64,000 nucleotides of DNA from Paludibacteraceae bacterium (GTDB lineage Bacteria; Bacteroidota; Bacteroidia; Bacteroidales; Paludibacteraceae), in the NCBI GenBank assembly GCA_017450435.1, contig JAFSTO010000032.1, positions 10,420-74,419 on the forward strand. Direction: 5' to 3'. The position numbers were made by a program, and so were the translations under genes. Within the stretch, counting starts at the first letter, position 1, and each line of letters opens with the position of its first letter. Positions 51,348-60,691 of the stretch are shown here, piece after piece. The notes under the pieces were generated by a model that saw only the letters and a list, made by a program, of their open reading frames with translations, searched no databases and was not told the DNA's origin.

Positions 51348-53132
51348 TCAGATTGGCTGACATTTGTTTTTGAGCCAAGCTGCTTCATCCTCGTTCAGTA
51401 GCGGACAAACCTCCTCAGCCACATGCTTGTGATAGGCGTTAATCCACTCTATCTCGTCCTGCGTCATTATTGAGCGTTTCAGCAGAGTGGTGTCATAGTA
51501 GCAGAGTGTGAGAGTCTCCCATGAGAGGAAGCGGTCGCCGGTAGTTGCAGCCGGGCTTGCCGGCATCTCTTGTACAGCAACGAGGTTCTCTATGCGGATA
51601 CCCCACTCGCCGGTGCGGTAGATGCCGGGCTCGTCGGAGCATATATTCCCCGGGCGTAGTACTGTCGGGTTCATGTCGGTGCGAATGTTCTGAGGGCCTT
51701 CATGGCAGCCGAGGAAATGTCCCACGCCGTGCCCTGTGCCGTGCCCGTAAGTGATGCCGGCCTGCCACATATACTGTTTGGCAAGAGCGTCCAACTGATT
51801 GCCGCGTGTGCCGAGCGGGAAACGTGAGCGGGCAAGAGCTATATGCCCTTTCATTACGTAGGTATAGTCAAGTTTAGCCTGCTCGGGTATATCGCCGCCC
51901 AGCCATACGGTGCGGGTGATATCGGTGGTACCGTCGAAGTACTGTCCGCCGGAGTCGAGGAGCAACATCCCCTCCGGCTTGACCTCTGCGCAACTTTGTG
52001 GTGTGGCGGCGTAGTGAACGATAGCCCCGTTGCCTTTGTAGCCGGCAATGGTGCCGAAGCTCTCCTCAACGAAGTGTTTGCCGCGAAGGCGGAAGGCGTG
52101 CAGTTTCTCCATTAGTGTCCACTCGGTCTGCGGCTCGCGGAAGGCGTCTTCTTCCAGCCACTTGAAGAAACGTGTCAGTGCGACAGCGTCTTGGCGCATC
52201 GCTTTTCTCTCGCCATCTAACTCCACCTCGTTCTTGCGGCTCTTCAGCACAAGAATCGGCGACTGGCGGTTAATCTTGCGGCAGTCTTGCGGCAGGGCTT
52301 CATATAGTGCTTCGTTCAGGCGTGCACCATCGTACAATACCGAGACGTGCAAGCCTTGAAGGTAGGCAAGGATTTCGTTGTAGTCGCGTAGTTCGACGCC
52401 GATGTTTTTGAAATATGCGGCGGTATCTGCTGTCACTTTCTCCGGCAGTACGAAAAGTGTGCAGCGCTCTTGCTCAAGCACTACGTATGATATGACAACG
52501 GGATTATATTCTACGTCTCTTCCTCTTATGTTGAGCAGCCAGGCTATCTCGTCCAAGGCAGATACAATCATAGCATCCGCACCGGCGTCTTTCATCTGCT
52601 TGCGTATGCGGCTCAGTTTGGAGTCGGCGTTTTCGCCCGTGTATTTATATTCATACTCGTAGAGCGGCTGAGCAGGAATAACAGGCCGTCCCATTGTCCA
52701 TATACGGTCTATCAAGTCAACGCTTTTGAGTGTTATACCGTTTTCTCCGAGTCGGTCACGCAGTTCTTTGTAAGCGTTCACGCTCCACATAGCGGGATTG
52801 ACGCCCACTACTGCTTGCTGTCCGCCGGCAGCTGCTGACAGCCACTCGCTTACCTGCGGGCAGTCAATATCCGACTCTCGCATCAGACCTATTCCGCTGC
52901 CGGCAAGCTCGCTGTCGGCCTGCAGGTAATAGCGACTGTCGGTCCACAGCAGCGCTTCGTCGGTAGTGACAACCACCGTGCCGCTCTCGCCGTTAAAACC
53001 GGACAACCACTGCATTTCTTCCCAGTGGGCAGGCATATATTCGCTGGCATGAGGGTCGGTTCCGGGCACGATGTATGCCCACAAACCTTCACGCCGCATC
53101 TCTTCACGTAATCTGACAATCTCTTCTTTCAT
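51348..53132 (-). CDS. M24-family Xaa-Pro aminopeptidase (aminopeptidase P-like)
   Basis: HGTGHGVGHFLGCHEGP metal-ligand block, creatinase/prolidase-like N-domains, 594 aa. Confidence 0.85.
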   Translation of the reverse strand: MKEEIVRLREEMRREGLWAYIVPGTDPHASEYMPAHWEEMQWLSGFNGESGTVVVTTDEALLWTDSRYYLQADSELAGSGIGLMRESDIDCPQVSEWLSAAAGGQQAVVGVNPAMWSVNAYKELRDRLGENGITLKSVDLIDRIWTMGRPVIPAQPLYEYEYKYTGENADSKLSRIRKQMKDAGADAMIVSALDEIAWLLNIRGRDVEYNPVVISYVVLEQERCTLFVLPEKVTADTAAYFKNIGVELRDYNEILAYLQGLHVSVLYDGARLNEALYEALPQDCRKINRQSPILVLKSRKNEVELDGERKAMRQDAVALTRFFKWLEEDAFREPQTEWTLMEKLHAFRLRGKHFVEESFGTIAGYKGNGAIVHYAATPQSCAEVKPEGMLLLDSGGQYFDGTTDITRTVWLGGDIPEQAKLDYTYVMKGHIALARSRFPLGTRGNQLDALAKQYMWQAGITYGHGTGHGVGHFLGCHEGPQNIRTDMNPTVLRPGNICSDEPGIYRTGEWGIRIENLVAVQEMPASPAATTGDRFLSWETLTLCYYDTTLLKRSIMTQDEIEWINAYHKHVAEEVCPLLNEDEAAWLKNKCQPI

Positions 53133-53149
53133 ATTCCTTATATGTTATC

Positions 53150-54070
53150 TTATTTAACGGCTTTGAACGACATGTCGAGGCACTTGAAGCTGTGTGTGAG
53201 TGCGCCGACAGAGATGAAGTCCACTCCGCAGTTGGCGTAGTCGCGAAGCGTCTTCTCTGTAATGCCGCCCGATGACTCTATCTCTATGTATCCGGGTACG
53301 GCTTTCTTCCAGTTCGGCACTTTGTCCGACCAGTCCACGTGTCCTTTGGGTGAGTGCTCGCGTATGTAACGAACTGCCTCGCGAGTGGCGGCGGGGGTGT
53401 AGTTGTCAAGCATGATGCGGTCCACTCCGCCTTCAGCAAGGGCGGCCTCTACCTCTTGTTGGTTGCGAACCTCAATCTCAATCTTCAGGTCTTTGCCTTT
53501 CTCCTTGCAGTACTCTTTGGCGCGGCGGATGGCGGCTGCCGTTCCTCCGGCGAAGTCAACGTGGTTGTCCTTGAGCAGAATCATGTCGAAGAGACCGATG
53601 CGGTGGTTATGTGCGCCGCCGATACGTACCGCCTCTTTTTCTAACATACGCAGTCCCGGAGTGGTCTTGCGTGTGTCAAGGATTGTGCAACCGGTGCCTG
53701 CTACCAAGCTCTGGTAGTAAGCTGCCATGGTGGCTATACCTGACATGCGCTGCATGATATTGAGCATTGTACGCTCCACTTGAAGCAGTGAACGTACTTT
53801 GCCATAAACGCGGAAGGCGATGTCACCTTTCTTGACATGAGTGCCGTCTTTGAGTAGCCACTCTACGCGAAGCGTAGGGTCGAAGAAGTCTATCACTTCT
53901 GCCGCAACCTCTACGCCTGCCAGGACGCCTTCGTCCTTGATGATGAGCTGCTGGCAGCCTTCGGCTTCTGCAGGGATAGAACTGAGCGAGGTGTGGTCAC
54001 CATCGCCGATGTCTTCTTGAAACCATTGCGCTATGAGTGCGCGAAGGTCTTCCTTACTGATATATTCCAT
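53150..54070 (-). CDS. nadC: nicotinate-nucleotide diphosphorylase (quinolinate phosphoribosyltransferase)
   Basis: ILDTRKTTPGLRMLEKEAVRIGGAHNHRIGLFDMILLKDNH and IEVE...LDN blocks. Confidence 0.9.
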   Translation of the reverse strand: MEYISKEDLRALIAQWFQEDIGDGDHTSLSSIPAEAEGCQQLIIKDEGVLAGVEVAAEVIDFFDPTLRVEWLLKDGTHVKKGDIAFRVYGKVRSLLQVERTMLNIMQRMSGIATMAAYYQSLVAGTGCTILDTRKTTPGLRMLEKEAVRIGGAHNHRIGLFDMILLKDNHVDFAGGTAAAIRRAKEYCKEKGKDLKIEIEVRNQQEVEAALAEGGVDRIMLDNYTPAATREAVRYIREHSPKGHVDWSDKVPNWKKAVPGYIEIESSGGITEKTLRDYANCGVDFISVGALTHSFKCLDMSFKAVK

Positions 54071-54146
54071 AGATTTATGTGTGCCTTTCTGAGGCTTTTG
54101 GTTATTCTGTTATTTGATATTTGAGGAGACGAACTCTGTTTGCTGT

Positions 54147-55208
54147 TTACCAAGTCTCTAATGTGCGTGTCAGGCTGTCAAACGAGCGTTTTCCTGTTTT
54201 TGCTTGTACTTCCTCTATCTGCCGGTGCACTGCAGCGTCATAGGTGTCTGCGCTGACACTACGTATCACGCCCAGGGCAATGGGTAGTTCAGAGCCGTTC
54301 TGCTCCATGTCGGTCTTCGCCTCTATGGTGTCAGGTTGACCCATAAGTGCGAGCATACGATGCAGTGTCGGATCGGAGGTGGTGGCGTCGTGAACAAGTA
54401 CGCGCGGGTCGGCAGACGAAACGACGATAAGGTGAGGAATGACGGTATTGTAGTCAAGCGCAAGACCTTTGTCTTTGTTTTTGCCAAAGACCATCGGTTG
54501 CCCGTGCTCCAAGACTATAGTTCGCTCAGCACGCTCTTCACGGTCGGCAATGTAAGAGTGAGTTCCATTGTTGAAGATTACGCAGTTGACCAGACATTCC
54601 ACCAGCGAGGCTCCCTTGTGCCTCTGCGCTTCAACAAGACAACGTACCGTTGTCGGCATGTCCACGTCCAGGGTGCGCGCGAAGAATGTGCCGCGGGCGC
54701 CGAAGCATAACTCTGCGGGGATAAACGGACGTTCTACAGTACCAAACGGTGAAGACTTACTCACAAAGCCTTTTGGCGATGTGGGCGAATACTGACCTTT
54801 GGTCAGACCGTAGATTCGGTTGTTGAAGAGACATATATTGATGTCTATGTTCCTGCGCAGCGAGTGGATGAAGTGGTTGCCTCCTATAGCCAGACAGTCG
54901 CCGTCGCCGGTCATCTGCCACACGGTCAGCTCAGGGTGTGATGTCTTGACGCCGGTGGCAATAGCGGCTCCGCGACCGTGTATGGTGTTAAAACCGTAAG
55001 GTGATAGGTAGTGTGGCATGCGGGATGAGCAACCAATGCCGGAAATGACTGCGGTCATGTGAGGAGGGATACCTATCTCGGCCATCGCTTTCTGCAACGC
55101 TGCAGCTATGGCATGGTCGCCACAGCCGGGACAAAAACGTACGTATTGGTCTGATTTGAAATCTTGTGCTGTCATAGTCTCATCAATTATCAATTCGTCA
55201 ATCATCAA
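54147..55208 (-). CDS. korB: 2-oxoglutarate/2-oxoacid:ferredoxin oxidoreductase beta subunit (TPP-binding)
   Basis: FCPGCGDH, GIGCSSR, GDGDCLAIGGNHFIH (TPP GDG motif). Overlaps the alpha subunit gene by 11 nt. Confidence 0.88.
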   Translation of the reverse strand: MMIDELIIDETMTAQDFKSDQYVRFCPGCGDHAIAAALQKAMAEIGIPPHMTAVISGIGCSSRMPHYLSPYGFNTIHGRGAAIATGVKTSHPELTVWQMTGDGDCLAIGGNHFIHSLRRNIDINICLFNNRIYGLTKGQYSPTSPKGFVSKSSPFGTVERPFIPAELCFGARGTFFARTLDVDMPTTVRCLVEAQRHKGASLVECLVNCVIFNNGTHSYIADREERAERTIVLEHGQPMVFGKNKDKGLALDYNTVIPHLIVVSSADPRVLVHDATTSDPTLHRMLALMGQPDTIEAKTDMEQNGSELPIALGVIRSVSADTYDAAVHRQIEEVQAKTGKRSFDSLTRTLETW

Positions 55209-57015
55209 TTTTCAATTCCTTAACGATTTCTTCCACTTGGAACGGTTGTCCCTCAATGCGGTTGAACTGCTTGAACTTCAGCTGCGGCATTTGTGTGCGC
55301 AGGTACGCCGCAAACTGTCCGCTATTGAGTTCGCATACCACTAAACGTTTGTATCGGCCGAGTACCTCTTGTGTATTGCGTGGCAGAGGGTTGATGTAGT
55401 TGAAGTGTACCACGTCACAGCCCAGTTCGGTGGCGGCTGCCTTCAAGTGTCCCTCTGTGCTTCCCCAGCCGATAAGCGCTAAGTCGTTGTTTGTTTTTTT
55501 GTCAGGTGACCATGCTTGTAGCAGTGGTATAGAGTCGGCTATCTGTGCCACTTTGGCGGCACGTGTGCGCACCATCTGCTCATGATTGAGCGGGTCGGTG
55601 GAGATTGTTCCTTTTTCAGCATCTCGTTCCAAGCCGATGTTGCGGTGGCAGTAACCTTCCATTCCCGGATATGCCCAGTAACGCACGCCTCGTTCGTCGC
55701 GCATGGCAGGGTTGAAGGTGGCTGACAGCTTGTCGGGAACGCTTTGTGGTCGGATCCTCGGCAAGTCTTGCATCTCCGGTATGTTCCATACTGAGGTGCC
55801 GTTGGCGAGGTAAGTGTCGGAGAGAAGGATGACCGGCGTCATGTTTTCCAATGCAATCTTCGCAGCCATATATGCGTAGTGGAAGCAGTTGGCAGGAGTA
55901 GAAGCCGCTATTACCGCCGCCGGACACTCGCCGTTGCGCCCGTAGAGAGCCTGAAGAAGGTCGGTCTGCTCGGTTTTGGTGGGCAGTCCTGTTGACGGAC
56001 CGCCGCGCTGTACGTCAATCACTACAAGCGGCAGCTCAGCCATGACGGCCAACCCTATTGCCTCGCTCTTGAGCGACAGACCCGGACCAGAGGTGGATGT
56101 GACACCAAGGTCGCCTGCGAAAGATGCCCCAAGCGCTGTACATATACCGGCTATCTCGTCCTCTGCCTGAACGGTGATGACGCCGCAGTCCTTGCGGGCA
56201 GAGAGCTCGTGAAGAATGTCGGTGGCCGGAGTGATGGGGTATGAGCCGAGAAACAGCTGTTTGCCGGCTTTCTCGGCTGCCGCTATCAGTCCCCACGCCG
56301 TGGCTTTATTGCCGGCGATGGATGTGTGTCGCACCGAGGACCGGGTACTGACAGCTGATGGCTCTAAACGTATCTGATTAACCGAGAGCGCGAGATTCTG
56401 ACCGTAGTTGTAGCCGTCGCTGAGAACCTTGACGTTAGGCGCTATCAAGGCCGGTTTCTTTTTGAACTTGTCTTCAAGGAACGATATGGCGTGGTCAATG
56501 GGGCGGTCAAAGAGCCAGCATACAAGACCTAAAGCAAACATGTTCTTCGAGCGAACGATGGCTTTGAGGTCGAGTCCGGAGTCATGCAGCGACTCCTTTG
56601 TCAGAGTGGTCAGCGGAACAGGCACAATCTGCACCGACTCCGGCAGCTGCAATTCAGTGAATGGATTATCGGTCGTATATTGCGCTTTCTCAAGGTCTTT
56701 GTCCGTGAACGAGTCGGTGTCGCAAATGACGATTGAGTGCTTGTTAATGTGGTTGACGTTTACCTTCAGCGCAGCTGCGTTCATTGCCACTAACACATCT
56801 GCCTTGTCGCCGGGTGTATAGACGCCTTTGCCAAGGTGTACCTGAAAACCGCTCACTCCGCCAAGAGTGCCTTGCGGAGCTCGAATCTCTGCGGGAAAAT
56901 CGGGAAAGGTGGAAATCTCATCGCCTAAGATGGCAGAGAGAGAGGAAAAGAGGTTGCCGGTGAGCTGCATGCCGTCACCGCTGTCACCGACAAAGCGTAC
57001 TACAACTGATTGCAT
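55198..57015 (-). CDS. korA: 2-oxoglutarate/2-oxoacid:ferredoxin oxidoreductase alpha subunit
   Basis: GSYPITPATDILHEL, AGICTALGASFAG, 605 aa fused gamma/alpha-type architecture, upstream of korB. Confidence 0.88.
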   Translation of the reverse strand: MQSVVVRFVGDSGDGMQLTGNLFSSLSAILGDEISTFPDFPAEIRAPQGTLGGVSGFQVHLGKGVYTPGDKADVLVAMNAAALKVNVNHINKHSIVICDTDSFTDKDLEKAQYTTDNPFTELQLPESVQIVPVPLTTLTKESLHDSGLDLKAIVRSKNMFALGLVCWLFDRPIDHAISFLEDKFKKKPALIAPNVKVLSDGYNYGQNLALSVNQIRLEPSAVSTRSSVRHTSIAGNKATAWGLIAAAEKAGKQLFLGSYPITPATDILHELSARKDCGVITVQAEDEIAGICTALGASFAGDLGVTSTSGPGLSLKSEAIGLAVMAELPLVVIDVQRGGPSTGLPTKTEQTDLLQALYGRNGECPAAVIAASTPANCFHYAYMAAKIALENMTPVILLSDTYLANGTSVWNIPEMQDLPRIRPQSVPDKLSATFNPAMRDERGVRYWAYPGMEGYCHRNIGLERDAEKGTISTDPLNHEQMVRTRAAKVAQIADSIPLLQAWSPDKKTNNDLALIGWGSTEGHLKAAATELGCDVVHFNYINPLPRNTQEVLGRYKRLVVCELNSGQFAAYLRTQMPQLKFKQFNRIEGQPFQVEEIVKELKIDD

Positions 57016-57094
57016 TTTCTCAAAAATACTAAATTTATTCGTTCACTTACTGAACGGATTATTATCAGATTGGTATTAGGTTTTAATGAGATTG

Positions 57095-57125
57095 CAAAGT
57101 TACTGTTTTTTTTTGATACTTACAA
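57095..57125 (-). promoter_or_regulatory. Bacteroidetes-type promoter for korA-korB
   Basis: On the - strand, CTTG (complement of 57123-57126), 20 nt spacer, TAACTTTG (complement of 57095-57102). Confidence 0.5.
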
Positions 57126-57144
57126 GGATAACGCAATAAAAATT

Positions 57145-57951
57145 TTAGCGTAGTATGTAGTTGTACAGCTTTGTTTTGTTTACGTGTAGAGACGTTGATT
57201 TTTGTGTCTTGACAACCAATGCAACCGGATTGCCGTTCACCGTTTCCGTATAAGGAGCGGCGAATATTATCCACGTGTTGCCGTCGTGTGGAAGTTGCTG
57301 ACAATGCGTGCCGTTATGTATTGGTAGTGGTACTCCGTCGTTTTCATACCACAAGGCAAGAGACTCAATCTCTAAGCGAAGCGACTCTTCTTCGACTCCG
57401 GCGTTGTGGGTGAAGGTGTTCCAGTCGTCCATTGTCTCGCTGAAGACAATATACGGTTCGTTAGACGAGGGACTGATATAGACGGTGTCAGTGGCAACGT
57501 GTATGCGTATTTGCATGTCCGTGAGGGGCAATACATCGGTCTTGTGACGGTAGAGTTCTATATGTCCTGTCTCTTTGTCAGATTGCAGGTCAATACGCTG
57601 TAGTGCAAATATATATTGTGAGGCGGGTTTGAGGTGTCTGAACAGCAGCTGCTTCTCTCCATGTTGCGGTTGTATCTTGCCGGAGTGATAGTAACCAACA
57701 AGGTGCATCACTATATCAAGACTATCCTGCTCGTTGTCAGGCAGCAGGTCGCACAAGTACGCTGTCGCTGAGTCGGTAGGACTGGCGGTCAGCAGCATGG
57801 TGGTTGCACCTGCAGAGTCGCAACGGACGGAGAAAAACAGCCTGTCACCTTGTTGTGGCATATCTTCTTGCGCTGACTCCGGCCGGCATGAGAGAAGGCA
57901 TACTGCGGTGAGCAGAATGATAACGGTGTGTTTGAAACAGATGGGTGACAT
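57145..57951 (-). CDS. hypothetical lipoprotein
   Basis: Lipobox AVCLLSC after MSPICFKHTVIILLT. I recognised no family. A candidate -7 box (complement of 57971-57978 = TAATTTTG) lies upstream. Confidence 0.5.
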   Translation of the reverse strand: MSPICFKHTVIILLTAVCLLSCRPESAQEDMPQQGDRLFFSVRCDSAGATTMLLTASPTDSATAYLCDLLPDNEQDSLDIVMHLVGYYHSGKIQPQHGEKQLLFRHLKPASQYIFALQRIDLQSDKETGHIELYRHKTDVLPLTDMQIRIHVATDTVYISPSSNEPYIVFSETMDDWNTFTHNAGVEEESLRLEIESLALWYENDGVPLPIHNGTHCQQLPHDGNTWIIFAAPYTETVNGNPVALVVKTQKSTSLHVNKTKLYNYILR

Positions 57952-58070
57952 GTTGTGATACTTTGTTCCGCAAAATTACAAAACTTTTATAAATAACAAT
58001 GCAAATTATTGCAAAACTCGCATAAATTATAGCATTTTGTATTGTAAAATGATTTTTTTTGAATAAAAAT

Positions 58071-58101
58071 TTGCTTGTTTATTGAAAAATGTGTAATTTT
58101 G
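58071..58101 (+). promoter_or_regulatory. Bacteroidetes-type promoter for the 58167 gene
   Basis: TTG at 58071-58073, 20 nt spacer, TAATTTTG at 58094-58101. This argues against the ORF-track start at 58089. Confidence 0.55.
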
Positions 58102-58166
58102 TCAGCGATATGTTCGTTCGATTGAACATAGTTTTGCTAATTGTAAACTTTAAATTTTATATTATT

Positions 58167-60320
58167 ATGAAAAAATTTACTTCTTTGTTTTTCGCGTTAG
58201 CAGTGATGCTGAGCGTTAATGCTGCTCTTCCGAAGGAGATTGCAGAGGCTCGTAAGAATGCAGCAAAGATTGAGTTGGTGTCTCCTTTTACTTCTCATGT
58301 TGTTCGCAGCAAAGCAGGTAAGGCTGATGCCGCTATTCGTATGTCTGACACGCAGTTTGTCGTAAGAAAAGCAGCCGCTAAGGCTCTTGAAGAGGTGACT
58401 ATTGACATTGAGACACCTATGTCATACAAGTATTCTTCTTACATTGGCGATTGGGAAATCACAGCTTCGAATGACGACTATTCAGTTGCTTTGGATATCA
58501 TTAACAACGATGGCACATCGCTTGCCGGTTCTTATACAGAGGCTAATCTTTATGGTAGCAACGGACCGTCTGCAAGATATAACAACGTTACCGACAAGGC
58601 AACCGGTACAAGTTATGGTGTGACAACTGCCACTATTGATGTAACTGACGATGGCAGCAATATCGACATCGATGCGCATCTGGTATGCGAAGGCGGCCTG
58701 CAGTTTCATGTTATCATGTTCTATGCAAGACCCGTAGCAGAGAGCTTTGAAACTATCAACGCCAATATGTTCATGTTGGAAGAGGGTGAGAGCTTCATGG
58801 GTTACACCTTCTACACGACCACTATCAGTGGCGCTAATGAAGATTATGCTTTCTCGTTCGAGTATGACGACGCTATCAACACCCTCGTTGACGGCGACAC
58901 TCTGTACATCGGCACAGACCTTGACGGTAGCATCACTCCTAATGGTGAGGATGAGGCAGAGGCTTACAGCGGCTATTTGGTTGTAACGGCTCTCAACGGC
59001 CAGTATCGTCTGCGTGGCGAGGTGCTCTGCTTGAACAACGTACAGTACACACTTGACCTTATCTACGTTTTGCCGGAGGCTACACGTACGGCTACTCTCA
59101 CAGCTAATGTGGCATTATATAATGCGATAGCTGATTACGGTGTGTTCCAAATGTATGGTTATAACGCTGACAGTAGCAAATATGTGTCAGTTGCCATCTA
59201 TGCTTCACAGATTGCCGGAACCTATGCTCTCGCTGACCTTTATAAGGAGTATGCGTATGTTATCGAGTTAGGTGCTGACACTGTTGATTTGTCGCCTATC
59301 ACGGCTAACCTTACTGTAGCAGAAGCCGGTAATGGAGATGTAACGCTTAGCGGCACAATGCGTATGATGAATTCGGCTGATCCGACTGACGTGGTTGATT
59401 ATACTCTCAACCTTACTTATGTAAAGCCTGTTGCTACTCGTACGATTAATGTTACAGCCGCTGCAACGTTCTACGACTACGCAAGTGAAAGCGGCGACTG
59501 GTATGTTTATGGTAACTCGGCTGACAAGTCACAGCTTGTAGCTCTTGACTTCTATTATCCTTCTACAGGTGAGGTGGCCGGCTCGTATAGCAAGAGTGAT
59601 GTATATTCCCGTTATACCTACGTTGCTCTTGTCAATGGCACAGACACTGTTGCCTATGAGTATGTTGACGGTAGCTTCACTGTAGTTGTTGACGCTAACA
59701 ACAACGCTACTCTTACGGGAACTTACACCGGTCAGAACTATAACGATCTTAATGATGTGGTTGACTTCAATCTGACTGTTACTTTCGAGGTTGCCAAGTC
59801 AAGTTCTTCAGCCATGCAGTACGATGCCGACGCCGGCTTCAGTAGAGGTTTTGCCGAGTATAATGTTCTTACACAATACATAGCTCAGTATGGTGTTGTG
59901 CTGGTTACAGCCGAGGACGAGAGTGCCGGTGTTGTTCTTCAGTTCAATGTAGGAACATCTGCTACCGGTCTTACTGCAGGCACTTATCCTATAGCTTCAA
60001 CCGACGCTGTCGGAACGATGCACCAATGTACAGGTTACGATGCTCAGTATGGTCCGGACTATTCACATGCATACACATATAGCGGTGACTCTTATACTAA
60101 CCTCTGGTACATGGTCAGCGGACAGGCTGTGGTTACCGACAACTCTATCGTTGTAAGTGCGCTCAACTCGCTTGGTCACCATATCAACGTTACTCTTGGT
60201 GCAGGTTCGGCTGTGGAGAATGTTGACGCTAATGCGGCTGTTGAGAAGTTCGTACGCAACGGTCAAGTGATTATCCGCCGCGGCAATAAGGAGTACAACA
60301 CTCTTGGTGCAGAACTCTAA
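58167..60320 (+). CDS. secreted protein built from about five degenerate ~115-120-aa repeats, with a short T9SS-like tail (function unknown)
   Basis: Signal MKKFTSLFFALAVMLSVNA. Repeats roughly at ORF-track aa 100-215, 216-329, 330-447, 448-568 and 569-700, with recurring ...AGTY/AGSY...D(L/V)Y..Y(A/T)YV...VD(Y/F)(T/N)LNLT(Y/V). Tail EKFVRNGQVIIRRGNKEYNTLGAEL. Confidence 0.6.
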   Translation: MKKFTSLFFALAVMLSVNAALPKEIAEARKNAAKIELVSPFTSHVVRSKAGKADAAIRMSDTQFVVRKAAAKALEEVTIDIETPMSYKYSSYIGDWEITASNDDYSVALDIINNDGTSLAGSYTEANLYGSNGPSARYNNVTDKATGTSYGVTTATIDVTDDGSNIDIDAHLVCEGGLQFHVIMFYARPVAESFETINANMFMLEEGESFMGYTFYTTTISGANEDYAFSFEYDDAINTLVDGDTLYIGTDLDGSITPNGEDEAEAYSGYLVVTALNGQYRLRGEVLCLNNVQYTLDLIYVLPEATRTATLTANVALYNAIADYGVFQMYGYNADSSKYVSVAIYASQIAGTYALADLYKEYAYVIELGADTVDLSPITANLTVAEAGNGDVTLSGTMRMMNSADPTDVVDYTLNLTYVKPVATRTINVTAAATFYDYASESGDWYVYGNSADKSQLVALDFYYPSTGEVAGSYSKSDVYSRYTYVALVNGTDTVAYEYVDGSFTVVVDANNNATLTGTYTGQNYNDLNDVVDFNLTVTFEVAKSSSSAMQYDADAGFSRGFAEYNVLTQYIAQYGVVLVTAEDESAGVVLQFNVGTSATGLTAGTYPIASTDAVGTMHQCTGYDAQYGPDYSHAYTYSGDSYTNLWYMVSGQAVVTDNSIVVSALNSLGHHINVTLGAGSAVENVDANAAVEKFVRNGQVIIRRGNKEYNTLGAEL

Positions 60321-60382
60321 GCAATAGCGTTATTCTGTATAGAGATAACGTTTTAGTTATAAGAAATAACTTTTTTAAAGGA

Positions 60383-60412
60383 AGAGACGGTGAAAAAGAC
60401 CGTCTCTTTTTT
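60383..60412 (+). terminator. intrinsic terminator after the 58167 gene (AGAGACGG-type stem)
   Basis: AGAGACGGT (60383-60391) pairs with ACCGTCTCT (60399-60407). The loop is GAAAAAG and TTTTTTA follows. Confidence 0.8.
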
Positions 60413-60523
60413 ATCTCCTTGAGAGACGGTAAGCGCCACCCGCTTTGCCTACCCCAATTACCGCCTCTCAGATATTATTATACCAACGTATGGACAGCAT
60501 TGTGTACTTAATTATGGTTTTTC

Positions 60524-60554
60524 TTGCGTATCTCAAATAATTGTAGTAATTTTG
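60524..60554 (+). promoter_or_regulatory. Bacteroidetes-type promoter for the riboswitch-TonB receptor transcript
   Basis: TTTTTCTTGCGTAT with TTG at 60524-60526, 20 nt spacer, TAATTTTG at 60547-60554. Confidence 0.55.
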
Positions 60555-60691
60555 CATGTGGTTAGAACGGGATAATTGTTCCGACTGACACACTGTCTCA
60601 TGTTGTCTGATAGACTTCGTTTGTGTCGGGCGTAATGAACTGAGGCGTGGTTTATGATAAAAAAAGTTCTTTTACAACTATTCTTCTCTTG

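Noticed and set aside
55170-55225. TCAAT-periodic tract at the korA/korB junction
   Set aside because: It lies within overlapping coding sequence (korA ...ELKIDD stop, korB MMIDELIIDE...). The periodicity is explained by repeated I/D/E codons rather than by an intergenic repeat.
58089-58166. ORF-track start at 58089 for the repeat protein, and the analogous upstream starts at 11797, 60745, 5380 and 4514
   Set aside because: Each upstream start lies inside or before a promoter box (58094-58101, 11792-11799), inside the riboswitch (60745), or overlaps the preceding gene (5380, 4514). In each case a downstream ATG gives a proper signal peptide or family-typical N-terminus.
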